A stretch of 64,000 nt of DNA, taken from the NCBI RefSeq assembly GCF_001194135.2, contig NC_068981.1, forward strand, positions 73,327,377-73,391,376, given 5' to 3'. This document shows positions 48,831 through 63,214 of this stretch, piece after piece. Each line of letters begins with the position of its first letter. Positions within the stretch are counted from its first letter, which is position 1. The DNA comes from Octopus bimaculoides. Lineage: Eukaryota. The notes below the pieces were generated by a model. The model worked only from the letters and a program-made list of their open reading frames with translations. It made no database searches and had not been told where the DNA came from. A program made the position numbers and the translations under genes.

Positions 48831-51800
48831 TCTATGCCATTTTAATCCTGAGCAAGGCCGGGTATCTCTGTTAGTCGATAAATAAAGGAGCACTTTTCAC
48901 CTCCTCCACTCGTCATAATATGGATCTGGACGTTCCACTACTTCAAGGATAGGATGTTCGAGGGGTTGTCTATGGTTACATGTGCACCTAAAATAATTTG
49001 CGAAAGCATGGTATATTGCTACCAAGTTCTCGATAACGAATGATGACTGTAGTTAACACACATAGTCATACATTCTCATTACAAAACTAAATCTGTGTAT
49101 ACAATAGGAAGACGTCCCGATGTATTAACAAAATATCGTATTGTTTTTGTTGGTCCATTCAAGTCTTTTTATGACTGAGAGTACGAGAACCTTTTTTTAA
49201 AACGAGAATAGAAGCATATCTTTTAATTAAATATAATTGCAAAAATTTAAATGAACATGAGGTTGCTTACGTCAGTTATTACGCATCTGCCAGAAACCTT
49301 ATAGATTCCTTCTTTTTACGTCTCAGTTTTCCATTTCTTGTTTTCCATTATTGCCTTTTCTACTCTTGGTTCATGGTAACTGATATTTCATAGATTTTCC
49401 TGGCATCTCTAACTAGTTAACTCTGCCTTTTAACACGCCATGCTATAAACTGTGTATTCCATGGATGCAGTCTCAGACCAATGATATTAAAGTCCTCGAT
49501 AAATTACTTGATAAATTACTGACTATTTATTTTTATGACCATATAACAATTTATGATCATCCGCTTTTAGAACGATACCACTGTTGGCAAATACACAGCC
49601 ATATTTTCTCGAGAGAAGACTGGTGTAATAATGAAAAGGGGTGAAAGAGAGAAAAGAAGAATGTCTGTTACAAGGAAGGAAAATTGTAATGAACGAAGTG
49701 ATAAATAATAACGATAAGCAAGACAGAAACAGATGATGAATAACTTTTATTTATTGACTTTACACACAAGTATAATATCCACGTATAACATCCTTGAAAT
49801 AAAAAGATAAAAATATCAACTTTAATTATCTTTCACGTCCAAATATATCGTTTTATACAAACTCTAGTTACTCTTGTTCTTTCTTTTTATTTATCTCGTA
49901 AATCTGACTAAGCACAAGGCCTTTAATTTATCAGGAACTGAATATGAGTTGCAACCTTTGAATTCAGAATTTTGAATTTTCGCTCGTCGCATTAAACATT
50001 TATTTTCAAATTTAGTTATTAACGGTGAGTCAGAGTAGATAATTCGAATTCATGTAATATTGGCATACATGGGCTTTTAATTTCGTCACTAATATTGAGT
50101 TGTATTTCTAGTAACGATACTTTACTTAAGGAAACAATCAACATAACTGTAAGTAAATATGATTGGGAGTTTCTGTTAATTATATAGTTGGGAGTGCATT
50201 TTACTAGATTTTAGTGTCGCGTTTCGACAGATTTCAACGACATGCGCAAAAGTTTTCGTTCCTGAAATTTATGATAGACAAACATGCAAAAGAGAGAGGT
50301 GTCTATTGGTAATTTGATGCTTTTTAGTTCTACATCATATAGAAGTCTGATAAAAAGCGAGACTGTGGGCCTTTGACCTTAAGCTTTTGATTCAACAAAT
50401 AATTTGATAATATGCCCTGAATTTGAATCTTGCGATTGATAAAGTTTGGACCTCCTACATTAAGAGAACTAATGAATCTATTAACAGTGTATAAATTTAG
50501 ATCATTCAAATATATATTTGATACACAGGGGTCGTAGATCAGTATTAGTCATTATAATCTCTGTTAACAGTGCTACTTTAACAGAAACGACCACTTAAAA
50601 CAAGAATAAGCATAAAAGGAATAGCCACGTCAACAACAACAGCTATACTATCAATCATATGGCATATATTCTTATATCATCAAGCAGGTGATATGTGAAC
50701 AACAACGTTTAATTACATGTGAATAATTATCATTTCATTTGACTTTCACTTTGTATTTGATGAGGCATTCAAACTGATTTGCATGTTACTAGATAAGGAA
50801 ATCATTAGAAAAGTCTGCATCGAGGAAGTAGGAAAATCATTATACAAAGCGTTATAAGATTTCTACAACTGTCGTCCAGTTATATGTCGAATGTTTGAGC
50901 GTGCAACTGAAGCATTTATGTATTCTTAACGAATGCATAAAATATAATTAGATATTTTACAGCAGATGGTAATGCTCATTATTGATTTCTATTGACTATA
51001 CACAACGCTTTAGCTTTATAGCGGAATTTCATTTCCACTTACGTCGTAAATTCCCTTTCTCGTGGGCATTAACAATGTAAGTGAAGTAAAATGGATACAA
51101 CCGAGAATAGAAATATTATTGTAGATTCAATTCGCCAAGAGCTCCTTCAGTCGTCGCCTCCTAAGTAGAAAATAAATGTATTGATTCATTATTCAACAAC
51201 ATTCGGGAATTGTTTAATTACATCAATCTTGTTTTCTAACCCTGTACTTTACCTCCTACTTGTATTTCATAGAGATTTTTTATCCATCACTATTTCTCCC
51301 TCTGCTTCCTGTATTTTCCAAATTAGCTTTTTGAAATGAGCTTCATTTAATATGCTAACAATAATTTAAATTTTGAGTGGAGGATATCTTGAACATTTGC
51401 ATCTTAGTCGCACAAATCATTCTGAATTGGTTTTGATATCCCAGTGAATACAAAGAAATAGGTTTTGCTCGTGTTGGAGGCTTTTTCTTTTACAGAACAA
51501 TGTATTCTTTCACATTATATTGCATGCAGGGATTGCAACACAGTCTTTTGCATATTGGTATAATTATCATGTTTTTCTATGGCCGTTTATAGTTCTCTGC
51601 TGATTGTAATTTCTTGTACACTGTACTCATATATAGAGCTAGCATAAATGAAATAGATTTGTCAGGAATTACATAGACTACATATTTTAACAGATCGTTC
51701 GATTCAAATGTACAGATTTTTTTTTCTGTTCAGCGTGCCATTAATGCTAACAACGTCCAACACAGCAGGTCTGAAGATATATTATTGGGAAAAATAGTTC

Positions 51801-52015
51801 TGAACATCTGTCAGCTACAGTTGATAATAATCACTGACCTCAGCTCTTTTTACATAAGTTGGTGGCCGAGTGGCAGCGTAATAAATAGTTATTTAATTGT
51901 CTCAGCATGGCCACAACATCCTTGCTGAAACCAGTAAAAGTATACGGAATATTATTTACTTTTTATGAATAATTCTGTCCTGTTATATTACTAACAAAAC
52001 AAATAACAACTTTAG

Positions 52016-52060
<45 letters not shown>

Positions 52061-52061
52061 G

Positions 52062-52121
<60 letters not shown>

Positions 52122-53576
52122 TACATACATACATGTATATGTGTGTGTGTGACGTCCTTGATCGATCAGATTTAGAATAAAAATGTCAGTCACGTGTGAC
52201 AAACTATCTTTTTTATTTTACAGATAGTATTTTACAGATACAGTGTATCTAGGATCACATTACCAATGTACCCTTTTTTTAAGACAATAGATTGTGATAT
52301 GACAGAGATGGTATACGATGACAAAAGGTTGAAAAGAATGATCTGTAATAGAACACACCTAGACAAAGTATAACAGCAAGCTAAAAGTCTAGCTGAGCAT
52401 AATCAAGTTTCTATTGAATTTCAGTCAATAAATGGATGGATCAATAAATATACCACTTCTACAAATGATGAGCAAGGAATTGATGGAAAGTATTTTGAGT
52501 ACGATATAAAGTGAAATTTAAACTAAAAAAAAACATTGAGCAATAACTGATTCAAGAATCACTTTTTAGTCTCCCATAGACAATGAGAATTTAATTGTGA
52601 CTTTGAACCAAGGGAATCAATAGTTTTATACAAGAGTACTTCAAAATTATAAGAAAAAGAATTAATGACTCGAATTAATCTGTGCTGATGAAGCTTAATA
52701 AAGCCGAAATGGGACCATACACGGATGAATAATAATAGATCTTATGATGAAATATAGGTGTTCTTCTCGTTCCTTGCCTTCCACCGAGAGAAAAAAAATA
52801 CTTTCCAACTTAAAATCTACAAACAAAACAAGTGATTCTCTCCCCTGAAGTACATAATCTCTCTCTCTCTCTCCCTCTCTTTGCCATAACAGCACGTCCA
52901 GCAAGCTACAGACAAACACGTAGAAATAGATTGTTGAATCGCTTGTAATGTTCATACTTATGCTCGAAACACAAGTTAGCCGGTCACTCACAACCAAGAA
53001 TTGAAGCCGCATTGCCTCGCAGATTTTATCGCTTATTTACGGTGTTCATTGTGTTTCGCGAAGTCAGTGTATTCTCTTCAGCTCTTTTTAAAGTGAACGT
53101 ATTTTATTTTTAATAAGGACTTCGTGATATTTCATTACGTTTCAAAAAGACAAACAGCTACACTATTATGCAGTGTCAACATGTAACCTTAAGCTACCAT
53201 TACAGCTTTTCCTCACCAGCTGCGGTTTTTGCCTTTGTCATGAATTTATTAGACGGAATTGATGTGGAGGTTTACAATTTCTTTTAAATTATTATTTTTT
53301 CAAACACAATAATAATAATAATGTCTTTAAGCATGTCTGAGGATCGTTCGTAATAAAACTGTCGGCAGAGGCTTAATGAGATGTATTGTCTAACTCGTAG
53401 ACTGACTTGTCCACGAGAACATTGCTGCGTCGAGAACACAACGAATCAGGAAAAATTGATTATCTGTCTTCTTTAAAATAAAATTTAAAGCGTTCTGAAA
53501 ATAGAACGAAGCTCGAAAGCGTTCAGCAAACAAAAATAAAACAGCCTGACTGACAAAGAAACAAATATTGGTTTCA

Positions 53577-53927
53577 GATTTTGACACAAGGCCAGCAATT
53601 TTTGGGGGAGGGGTTAAGACGATTACATCAACACCAGTGTTTAACTGGTATCTATTTTATCGACTCCGAAAGGGTGAAAAGTAGTAAAGTCGAACGTACA
53701 GGCGGACAAAAGATCCTTTTCTACTCTAGGCACAAGGCCAGAAATTTTGGGGGAGGGGACCAGTTGATTAGATCAACCCCAGTATGCAACTGGTACTTAA
53801 TTTATCGACCCCGAAGGGATGAAAGGCGAAGTCGACCTCGGCGGAATTTGAACTCAGAACGTAAAGACAGACGAAATACAGCTAAGCATTTCGCCCGGCG
53901 TGCTAACGTTTCTGCCAGCTCGCCGCC
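53577..53927 (-). mobile_element. SINE family B: full copy 53717-53927 plus partial copy 53577-53700
   Basis: The full copy is a close reverse complement of 12693-12903. Confidence 0.88.
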
Positions 53928-56754
53928 CTCAAAGAAAGAAACATTAATAAATCGATTAGCATAATAAACAATGAGTGGGTGGTGAATGAGTTGACAGAAC
54001 AGACAACCTAACTTGCGCAATCCGGTTAGATTTCTTTACACTCTAAGTTCAAATCTCACTAAGGCTTATTTCACGTTTCCAAAATCGATAAAAGTAAGTA
54101 CTGGGATCGATAACATAAATGCTTTTCACCGGTGAAGTGCGCGTCAGCAGATGAAGGGTGGAGTGTATAGGTGAGAGTATCTTATGCATAAATTGCCAAA
54201 AATATAACTTCAAGTGGATTTGCATTTTCGTGCTTTACAAATAATAAAAATTCTGCGACTGTCAGATAGAAAATAAAAGGAAAGAGGTTAAAATATGACA
54301 TATCATTTGAATGATATCACAAACCCTATATCAAAAATAAGAGTTTCTCAGATAAGAATATCGGTGTACATATAAACAACATGCATAATTAACATGATTT
54401 GATATTCATATATTTTTGTCGGATTCGCTTCAGAGGATTCTCACCAGGTTCCCTAAAATACCTGCTACCGAATATTAAATAATAGTTTATTACAAAACCA
54501 CAATATTACCATATTTAAAGAAGAGGAATATGAGATTATATAATATTTATGTTTATTCTCAGGAAACTAACAATGTAATTGTGGTGAAATTGCTTCAGCT
54601 GTGAGTTGAAATCAGTTTTCAGCTGAGAGACGAAATCAGTTTTCAAATTAGTTCCAATAAATGAATAAAAATTTCCTCAGCAGCTTAATACGCCCATTAG
54701 AAAAGGATGTGTTATTGGTAATTAAATTGCTAGTAATACCTTAATGGGTTTTATCTTATCTAACTTAGGAGCTTGAAAGATACAGTTAACCCTTCAAGCA
54801 AAAATTGACCTTGGGTCTTGTCAAAAGAGATCTTGTTACTATGACAGTAATTATGGTTCTAATAATTTTAGAAACAGTTTTTTAGAATTGATATATCCAA
54901 AAACTCTTTGAGAAATTTCAGCTATTTTAATGACTATTTTTACTGCAATGTATTGTTTTGTTGTTGTTTTTGCCCTTGGTCAACGCTGGTCGAGAACACC
55001 AATAAGCTTTCCATCCGTGACCGTCTCGTCTTGTACGAGTAAGGCCTGTGGCATATTGCATACTGGAACAGTACGCGATATACATGACCCGGGTCTTACT
55101 GTTAAACTTCTAGGATGACAGTATCGAATAAATCTCTTCTATTAAAACGAAAGGGTATGAGGCGGAGAAGATTTTGCTACTGTTTTTGGCGAGTTGAATG
55201 ACTATATCAGTTATTCAGCTCATGTCTTTGTGTATAATATAAGGATGCACGTTACGTTCGTATAGACATACACTGCAGTTCTGAGCATGAACTTCACTCT
55301 AGTGCTTTGAGTGTTTTTAATATTACCGTCATTCAAGTGTTTCATTTTAACATCACATAGTTGAGTCTGTTCCAACACATCCATCACTACGGTATCAACA
55401 TCGAAGGTGGAGGCAAAAATATTGCTAAACTACTAAAAGTGATCATTTTTATGTGCCCAATTATGTACACCGATAAGCTGTTGTCGTGAACGCCGGCAAT
55501 TGTCTCAAATCAATACATACCTTCTGTCCAGTCTCTTGTATCAGCTGAGTATTGCCAATCTTTACAAGTTTATTTCTACTGCAGCAACCAAATTTTGAAT
55601 GCGGCTAGTGGTGTTAATATTTCGCTGTGGAACATATTTCTAAAATCGAGACGAATGTCATCGTGGTACGAGCATCAATTTGCCATAAAATATATTTATT
55701 GACAAGCAACCATCGCATATATGGTGTATATTCTCAGCATAGTGCTATCGATATACACTGAATAAGGAGTATCTATAAACATAACCTTTTTGAATATTCT
55801 CTATGAGGTCCTATTCCCAAGGAGGCCCAGTATTATTCCATGACTGAGCAATGCACTGAAATATTCTTTCATCATGGAATGTATTTTATATGACCCAAGC
55901 TATTTATTTAAATGAGTACACAAAAGAATACGCCGAGAATATAGATTAGATCGAACTGAAATTTTTGTGTTACAAAGTTTCATTTACTTAACTGTTGTTA
56001 ATTTTTAAAAGTGCTATGATCTTAACAACCTCCACTATCTTTGCGCTGAAAGTGAAATAAGTGAAATAAACATCAGAGATGCTTTTCCCTACGTAGAAAC
56101 TACAGGAGCTACTCAGAGATTTTGCAAGCTCTTTTAAATTTATTGCAATGCTGGAAACCTGTATTGTAAGCAGATATCGCAGGGTCACAAACAGTCTGTA
56201 TGCTTCACCCGAGTGGGGCGGTGAGGACTGAACTAGTCTTTTTTCGCCTACGGAAGGATTCCACTTGCGGTCTCTTATTAACCATAACCATGTTGAGCTG
56301 GCTTCAGCTACTGTGCCTATTTCGTTGATGGGTTTTTTTTTTCAGATGTCTGGAATTTTCAGAATACGAAATTGGATATGAAATTGGAGTCAGCAAGACA
56401 GGAGGGTGAAGCGCAAAGAAGATGCAGCGGCTGTAGCAGAGTACTTAGGAGCAAACCGAACGTGGCGTGAAAATTCATCAAAGCAAATTGAAATGCCTTG
56501 GATACTTCTTCCCTACTTTTAATATAGTTACCAGCTTTATTGAAGATGCAGCTGATTTGCTTTCACTGTTTTGGTTGTTTTAGTGAAGTAAATGGCGCTG
56601 AAGAGCAGAGAAATTTCGTCAGATTTAACCCTTGTTAAATTTTGTTTACTTACGTCCCTAAAATCCTCTGAAAACCATAATTATCACGAGTCCCATTTCT
56701 GTTATTCGACATATACTAGGCATCCAGCCTAGCTACTAAGGGAGCGTAATAGTT

Positions 56755-56970
56755 TCCGATTTAGGAACAAGGCCAACAATTTTGAAGTTTATTGGGTTAG
56801 TCGTTATCATCAGCTACAGTACTTAACTGGTACTTTATTTTATCGACTCCGAACGGGTGAAAAGGCAACGTTAAAATCAGGAACATTTGAATTCAGGATG
56901 CAAGGAGTCGGAATAAAAACTATACAGCATTTTTAACAACGCTCTTACGATTCTGTCAGCTCACTGCCAT
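56755..56970 (-). mobile_element. SINE family B, degenerate
   Basis: ACAAGGCCAACAATTTTG ... CTGGTACTTTATTTTATCGACTCCGAACGGGTGAAAAGGC. Confidence 0.55.
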
Positions 56971-57008
56971 ACTAAGAGACAGTATAATAAAAATTATTTC
57001 TAACAATC

Positions 57009-57053
<45 letters not shown>

Positions 57054-57947
57054 TTTAACAATAACTTTTAGCTCTGGTGTAGAGTTTCCAATCAAACTCA
57101 TTGAAAAGAAATATTCTCTACAGGATATTAATATAGTGAGATTGCGTATGAAGTATTATATTATATTGATTTAATAATGATTAGAATCCTTTTTATTGGT
57201 CACGAGGGCCCATTCATTAAATAGAAAACGTGTTGCAATTAGACAGAAAACTTGTGTGTATAACCTTGTATANNNNNNNNNNNNNNNNNNNNNNNNNNNN
57301 NNNNNNNNNNNNNNNNNNNNNNNNNNNNNNNNNNNNNNNNNNNNNNNNNNNNNNNNNNNNNNNNNNNNNNNNNNNNNNNNNNNNNNNNNNNNNNNNNNNN
57401 NNNNNNNTGAAAGCATAAACAGGTAGTCACCAGGTATCAAATCAATTTATAACATATTTATTCTTATATAACATACTGAAAAGAAGTACAAGGAAATCAG
57501 GAAGAGTCACATTCCAGACGCTTATGGTATTCAATGTTTCCAGGTTTGCGGTACATTTTGGAGTTTGTGGTACACAACACTGCCTTAATGGATGGAACCT
57601 CCTTGTTTTTTTTGTTTTTTTTTTGTTTTTTTTTTTGCTTTTTCTCTGCTACGAGCACCTTGATATTTCTTAGCGTATATAATATATTTTTTCATATTTT
57701 TATGACGTATATCTATGACTTGGTGTGGTGTAAAAATAACTTTCCTCTGTTGGTTTAAATTTTTATAGCAGATAGAACCATTGATAAATATGTTAATAGT
57801 CTTCAATGTTTAAAGATTTGTTTTCATTAATTATGGATTAATAAGGACATTCTGATGAACATTTCTGTGGTTTTCTTGGATACTGACCCCCAACACTCAA
57901 CAGGCTCACTGACTACTTTTTATTCTCAATATTTTACTGTTGCCGAA

Positions 57948-58159
57948 GACGGTGAACTGGCAGAATTGTTAGCACGCCGGGCAAAATGCTTAGCGGCATT
58001 TCGTCCGTCTTCACGCTTTGAGTTCAAATTCCTTAGAGGTCGACTTTGCTTTTCATCCTTTCTGGGTCGATAAAATAAGTGCCAATTGAACAGTGGCATC
58101 GAGTTAATCGAATTAGCCTCTCTCCTAAACCTGCTGGCCTCGTGCCAAAATTTGAAACG
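57948..58159 (+). mobile_element. SINE family B, full length, with TSD
   Basis: B head and tail present; direct repeat AATATTTTACTGTTGCCGA at 57928-57946 and AATATTTTATTGCTACCGA at 58160-58178 (16/19). Confidence 0.85.
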
Positions 58160-58361
58160 AATATTTTATTGCTACCGACAGATATGGCCTCCCAAATTCT
58201 CACAGCATTGATGTTACTACTGTCATATAGTTTTTCATTATAATTTGCTTCATAACCATGACTGGTATTTCTTATCTAAAGTTAATATCAATAATCTTGA
58301 TTTCATTCTATGAAACTAAAAGTCATTTACATTTTTAAACAAAAATATATTCATATGTAAA

Positions 58362-58700
58362 GGTAAAGACCTCCTTCAGTTATGAATGACCATGGGATTG
58401 CACCTAGAAAGTTATATTCCGTGGCACAAGTCCGGGTATGATTGTGGCATATGTACAGTCGCCTGTACATACACCACTGATGTTATCCAAGGAACAGGCA
58501 CCGATGTTATCCAACGCCAACGATTTTATCCAACGCCAACGATTTTATCCAAGGAACAGGCAAAGTTTGATACAGCTTGGCGCCAGTGAAGTTGCAGCTC
58601 ATTTCTACAGCTGAGTGAACTGGAGCAACTTGAAAATAAAGTGTCTAGCTCAAGGATATAACACACAGTCCGGTCTGGTAATCGAACTTATTACCTAAGT
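58362..58700 (-). mobile_element. SINE family D (CORE-like central motif, TTTACC tail)
   Basis: Minus strand shows a B-box GTTCGATTACCAGACCGG, CCTTGAGCTAGACACTTTA, CACTCAGCTGTAGAAATGAG, and ends ...GTCTTTACCTTTAC. Confidence 0.75.
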
Positions 58701-58957
58701 ACTAAGCCATGTTATTTGTGTATTTACTTAGAAATTCGTTCTGTTAACCTCTCAACAAACATGTGAGGCAATGCTTCTACGTCCATTGCTAAATAAAGCT
58801 CACATATGTTCAAACTTGTCCTCAGCACTTTTTGGTAAACATAAAAAAATCAGTTTTATTTGTCCTCTGCTAATATCCTTTTTTTCCCATTGCTCTGAAG
58901 TTTGTTCTGATAAAGCTTTTTTTATCTTGCATATATAATGTCTTATTTAATATATTT

Positions 58958-59135
58958 GGTGAGCTGGCAGAATCGTTAGCAGCATTTTGCCCGTTCTGAG
59001 TTCAAATTCTACTGAAGTCATCTCTGCCTTTCATCGTTTTGGGTCGATAAAATAAGTACCAGTTAAGCACTGGGATAGATCTAGTCGATTTAGCCCCTTC
59101 CCCCAAAATTCTGGCTTTGTGCCAAAATTTAATAC
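58958..59135 (+). mobile_element. SINE family B with internal deletion
   Basis: GGTGAGCTGGCAGAATCGTTAGC ... GGGTCGATAAAATAAGTACCAG ... TTGTGCCAAAATTT. Confidence 0.8.
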
Positions 59136-59212
59136 CAACAGAATAGTCTTAACCTTTCCTTTTAATGAAGAAGAATAGTATCATAAGTCTTTTCACTTGC
59201 ATCTCTGTATTG

Positions 59213-59435
59213 CAGTAATCCTTCGACTATCGCGGGTGTTACGTTCCAAAGCACTCCGCGATAGGTGAAAATCCGCGAAGTAGAAACAATACTGAACTGT
59301 ATATTTTCTTCTATAACTTTTATAATGTGTTTATTTATTTTATTATAAATGCAAAACAACACCACGGAGGAACTAACTTAAGTCTAAAAATAATAAACCG
59401 CGATAGGTGAACAGCGATACGGCGAAGGATTATTG
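59213..59435. mobile_element. pogo/Tigger-type MITE
   Basis: TIRs CAGTAATCCTTCGACTATCGC and GCGATACGGCGAAGGATTATTG, with TG/TA flanks (degenerate TA TSD). Confidence 0.75.
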
Positions 59436-59824
59436 TATACTATTTCTCTACATTTCTACATTTTTATAACTTCAAGAATAGAGTCCAGCTGAATAGATTC
59501 CAGTAGAATAGAGTCCAGCGGACTCGAAAAATAAAAAGAAGAAACAACGCACATATTCAGAATATTCAGAATTAAAAGGTGGTAAAATATTTTTTCTTCA
59601 TTGTTTCATGTATTTTAATAAGTAAGTAAAGCTTGTTTCAGTAGTCAAGATATGTTATCACTGTGTGTGTCTTTGTCTCCATTTAGTGTCTGTACGCAAG
59701 TTAAGCCAATTGAAGCTATGTCATGGCTGGAAGTCATTGAAATTTAGCATAAGTGAAACTAAATATTTAAACAGTGTCTGTGTGCATATATGCATGTCTT
59801 TGTAGCAATGTTTGCCATCCCTTC

Positions 59825-60012
59825 CTCCCACAGCCTGAAAATCAGTGTCGGTTTGTTTACGTCCCAACAACTTGGTCATTCTGCAAAAGAGAACGATATA
59901 ATTAATTACAGACTTTAAAAATAAGTACTGAGGGCTCGATTTATTCGACTAAAACCTTCAAGGCGGTGCCCCAGCATTGCCGCTGACCGATGGCTGAAAC
60001 AAGTAAAAAGTA
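59825..60012 (+). mobile_element. SINE family C, 3' half
   Basis: GTTTGTTTACGTCCC ... GGCGGTGCCCCAGCATTGCCGC ... CTGAAACAAGTAAAAG. Confidence 0.7.
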
Positions 60013-61554
60013 AAGGTGGAAGCTAAACCATAGTATTCAAAGAGCGATTTCTCTGTAGTATACAGCAGTAGCTGCTCGATAGTGATAGGTCCATTACCAA
60101 ACAGTTACTATTCGGTATATAATGTGAATTAATAACCGAGAAATTAGATTATGTGAGCGTTCTTAATGAGAGAAGAAATACATGAACTGAGGAGGGCTAT
60201 AGACAGAGACGTTTATTGAATATAATACATATATTAGTGGCAAGTGTTGCTTCATTTTCTTTTCCCTTATCTTAAAATTCATCATATATCTTTAATGGCC
60301 ACTCAGAAGAATATGGCCTGTATAAATTACGAGAAGAAATTTGATTAAATTAATAAAGCCATATTTCGAAACGTATTTCCAAACCACTATGTATGAGTTG
60401 CCTAACAATACATTAAAGATAGCTGAGATGGATACTACCTCTAAATTACAATGACATCATAGTCTGACAGAAACCTGACTCGGAGAAAACTGAACAGCTA
60501 TTATCACTAGGAATGTGTCACAAGAAAATTAAAATATCATGTTTTCCACCACTTGCTATTAATAAAAATGAAGAATAACCCGCTGTTAACAGTTTATTAA
60601 TGAAATCTTAGAAAGAGAATGTTTAAGTAACTAGGGTCTTAGGTTGGTTGAATAAACATGCTCATTGCAAAGAATATTTTCCTTGAATATTTATAACAAT
60701 ATAGCAAGTAACAATGACTCAATGACTAATTGATTTTTCTGCGAATATACAGAATATATGTCTTTCTTATTGCATCGACCCTGGAGGGAGTTGATAGAAA
60801 TGACTCTTATTTAGGAATGATTTTTTTTTTTATTCAATGATTTTATCGCATCACATTTCTTGGCTGAACTCTTATTTTGTGCGTAAAAACATACGAACAT
60901 GCATCTACAAGGAAAGCATTCTCACATTTATTTCAAAAATTAATTATTATTGTAATTAAATACAATATTTTTATCATTACAATAATAAATTATTATGCTA
61001 TCATTACATTACGATACTATTTCAAGAATTAATATTACCTTGATATTTATCAATAAGACTATGTTCTCGTGAGTATAGTCGTCTGTCTTTAGGTATTTTC
61101 CCAGTACTGTCCCCAGGAATATAATGTATCTTTTCAATGTATCAGGCTCTAACTAAAGCTTCTGAGAGAAAATATCCTCGCTATGAGAAAGGCTTGATGA
61201 AATACTTCTAATAATAGGTTTAATTACAGCACTTGGACGGTTGGAATTGTAATTAGAGTATTGTAAGTTTTCATTGGGTTTGTCATACGGATGATAAATT
61301 CCAGTATTTAATTTCAATATTACATGTAGAAAGTTAGCTGATAGAAAATCCTAAGTTTTTCGAGAAGTTATTAATATATTTTTCTATTTCTCCCTAGTAT
61401 TATGCTCATTGGTTATTGTATGGATTTACATAATTTTTATATGCATAAACCAACGTGTGAAATACTGAAATGGTTCCGCTACCTTTTGAAACGACCGTAA
61501 CTGTTTAATAAAAATATGTAATACCATCGTCACCATTCCGTTGTTCGTTTACTA

Positions 61555-62621
61555 TTAGGTCGTCAAGTATGAAATTTGTAGAAAAGCAAAAAGAGCTTTG
61601 CTAACGTTTCATAAATACAAGAAATAGTTTTATTCATCAAAGTATGCATCCATATTGTCAATACACTTTTGCCATTTCAAGGGTAGCATGTCCAGCCCGA
61701 AACTGTAAAAGCCTGGCAATCTAAAGTCAATAAGATCTTGGAAGACCTGTTTTACAGTATCGTCGCAATTAAATTTTTTTCCTATCAAAAAGTTATCCAA
61801 ATTCTGGAAGAAGCGGTAGTCAGTGGGGGAAAGATCAGGTGAGTATGGAGGATGATGGAGAACTTCCAACTCCAACTCCTGTAGTTTCGCCAATTTTGCT
61901 TTTTGGACTGTATTTTGGTGGCTCGCCTTTGTCTAACCATTGTACTGAACGTTTACGGTTGTTGTATTGGATCCATTTCTCATCACATGTTACAATTCGA
62001 TTAAAAAATGATTCATTTTTGTGACGAGAAAGTAGCATAATGCAGGCTTCCAAACGTTACTGCTTCTGATTTTCATTGAGTTCACGTAGAACCTATTATC
62101 CAACTATTTCACTTTACCGATTTGAACACGGTGAGTCAATATTGTTTGCTTGCTAACACCAAACAACAACGATAATTCACAAACACTTTGAGATGGATCT
62201 GACTCGATAGTGGCTTTCAGTTCGTCATTATCCACCTTTGTTTCTGGTCGATAGCGTTGCTCATTTATGAGGTCAAAATTACAAGAACGAAATTTTGCAA
62301 ACCAATTTGATACTCTCTGCTGTGTAATAAAAGAATGAAATGTTCCATTAATAATACGAGCTGTCTGTGATGCTGTATTTCCAAGAAAGAACTCATATTT
62401 CAAAACTATACGAATTTCCGACTTGTCCATTTCGGAACAAAAATAGCAAAGAGTGATTTATAAATACTTTATAAAGCGCAAAATGAGTTAGAATAAAGAA
62501 ATCGATGTGTCAGCTTTCTAACAAAAAAATAAAGATTGTCAAAATATAATAATGGAGCAAAATGAGCAACTGTCAAATTTTACCATATACCTTACAACAA
62601 ATTTCAGACTTGACGACCTAA
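61555..62621 (-). mobile_element. mariner transposon with both TIRs and TA TSD, internally deleted, inactive
   Basis: TIR TTAGGTCGTCAAGT(A/C)TGAAATTTGT at both ends, TA at 61553-61554 and 62622-62623. ORF fragments MDKSEIR.., IVTCDEKWIQYNN and HPPYSPDLSPTDY. Confidence 0.93.
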
Positions 62622-63158
62622 TATTATACTCGGTGATAAAGGCATCACCTGCTTAACTGGGAAATTTTCTTGGATATACAATTTATATAGGAAGCCTTGT
62701 AGGTTAAAAGAATACGGATTTTGGTTTCCTTTCATTACATTCTGTTCACCAGGATTTCGCATGGAGTGCTGACTAAAATATTCGCCCGAATTTCCTAAGT
62801 TTCTAATTTATCTCACTGTATACCCCATCCCACAGGCACACACACACATGTAAATGTATGTATGTATGTATGTATGTATGTATGTATGTATGCATGCACT
62901 AGCCTAAAGGCCGCCCGACAGGGCGACTTTTAAGCTAGCTTCTGTGGAAGACTCCTCGTTGGGCCTTGGGCCCAAAAATGACATTTCATGCATTGCGTGA
63001 CTATTAGATTTTATTAAACTTAACCAATATTTTTCAAGCAATAAAACAATTTTCATCAAAACAATTATATAATTTGTCGACTTGAAACTTATTGCAAAGC
63101 TGCACGATAAACATTTTTTTGTCTTCCCATTCAGGGGTCAGTACAATTTTTTCTGTCT

Positions 63159-63199
<41 letters not shown>

Positions 63200-63214
63200 T
63201 CTGTTGATTGTTTT

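Noticed and set aside
52310-52460. QQAKSLAE...EFQSINGWINKY resembling a pogo/CENP-B HTH
   Set aside because: Too short and degenerate to call; no TIRs or DDE region found.
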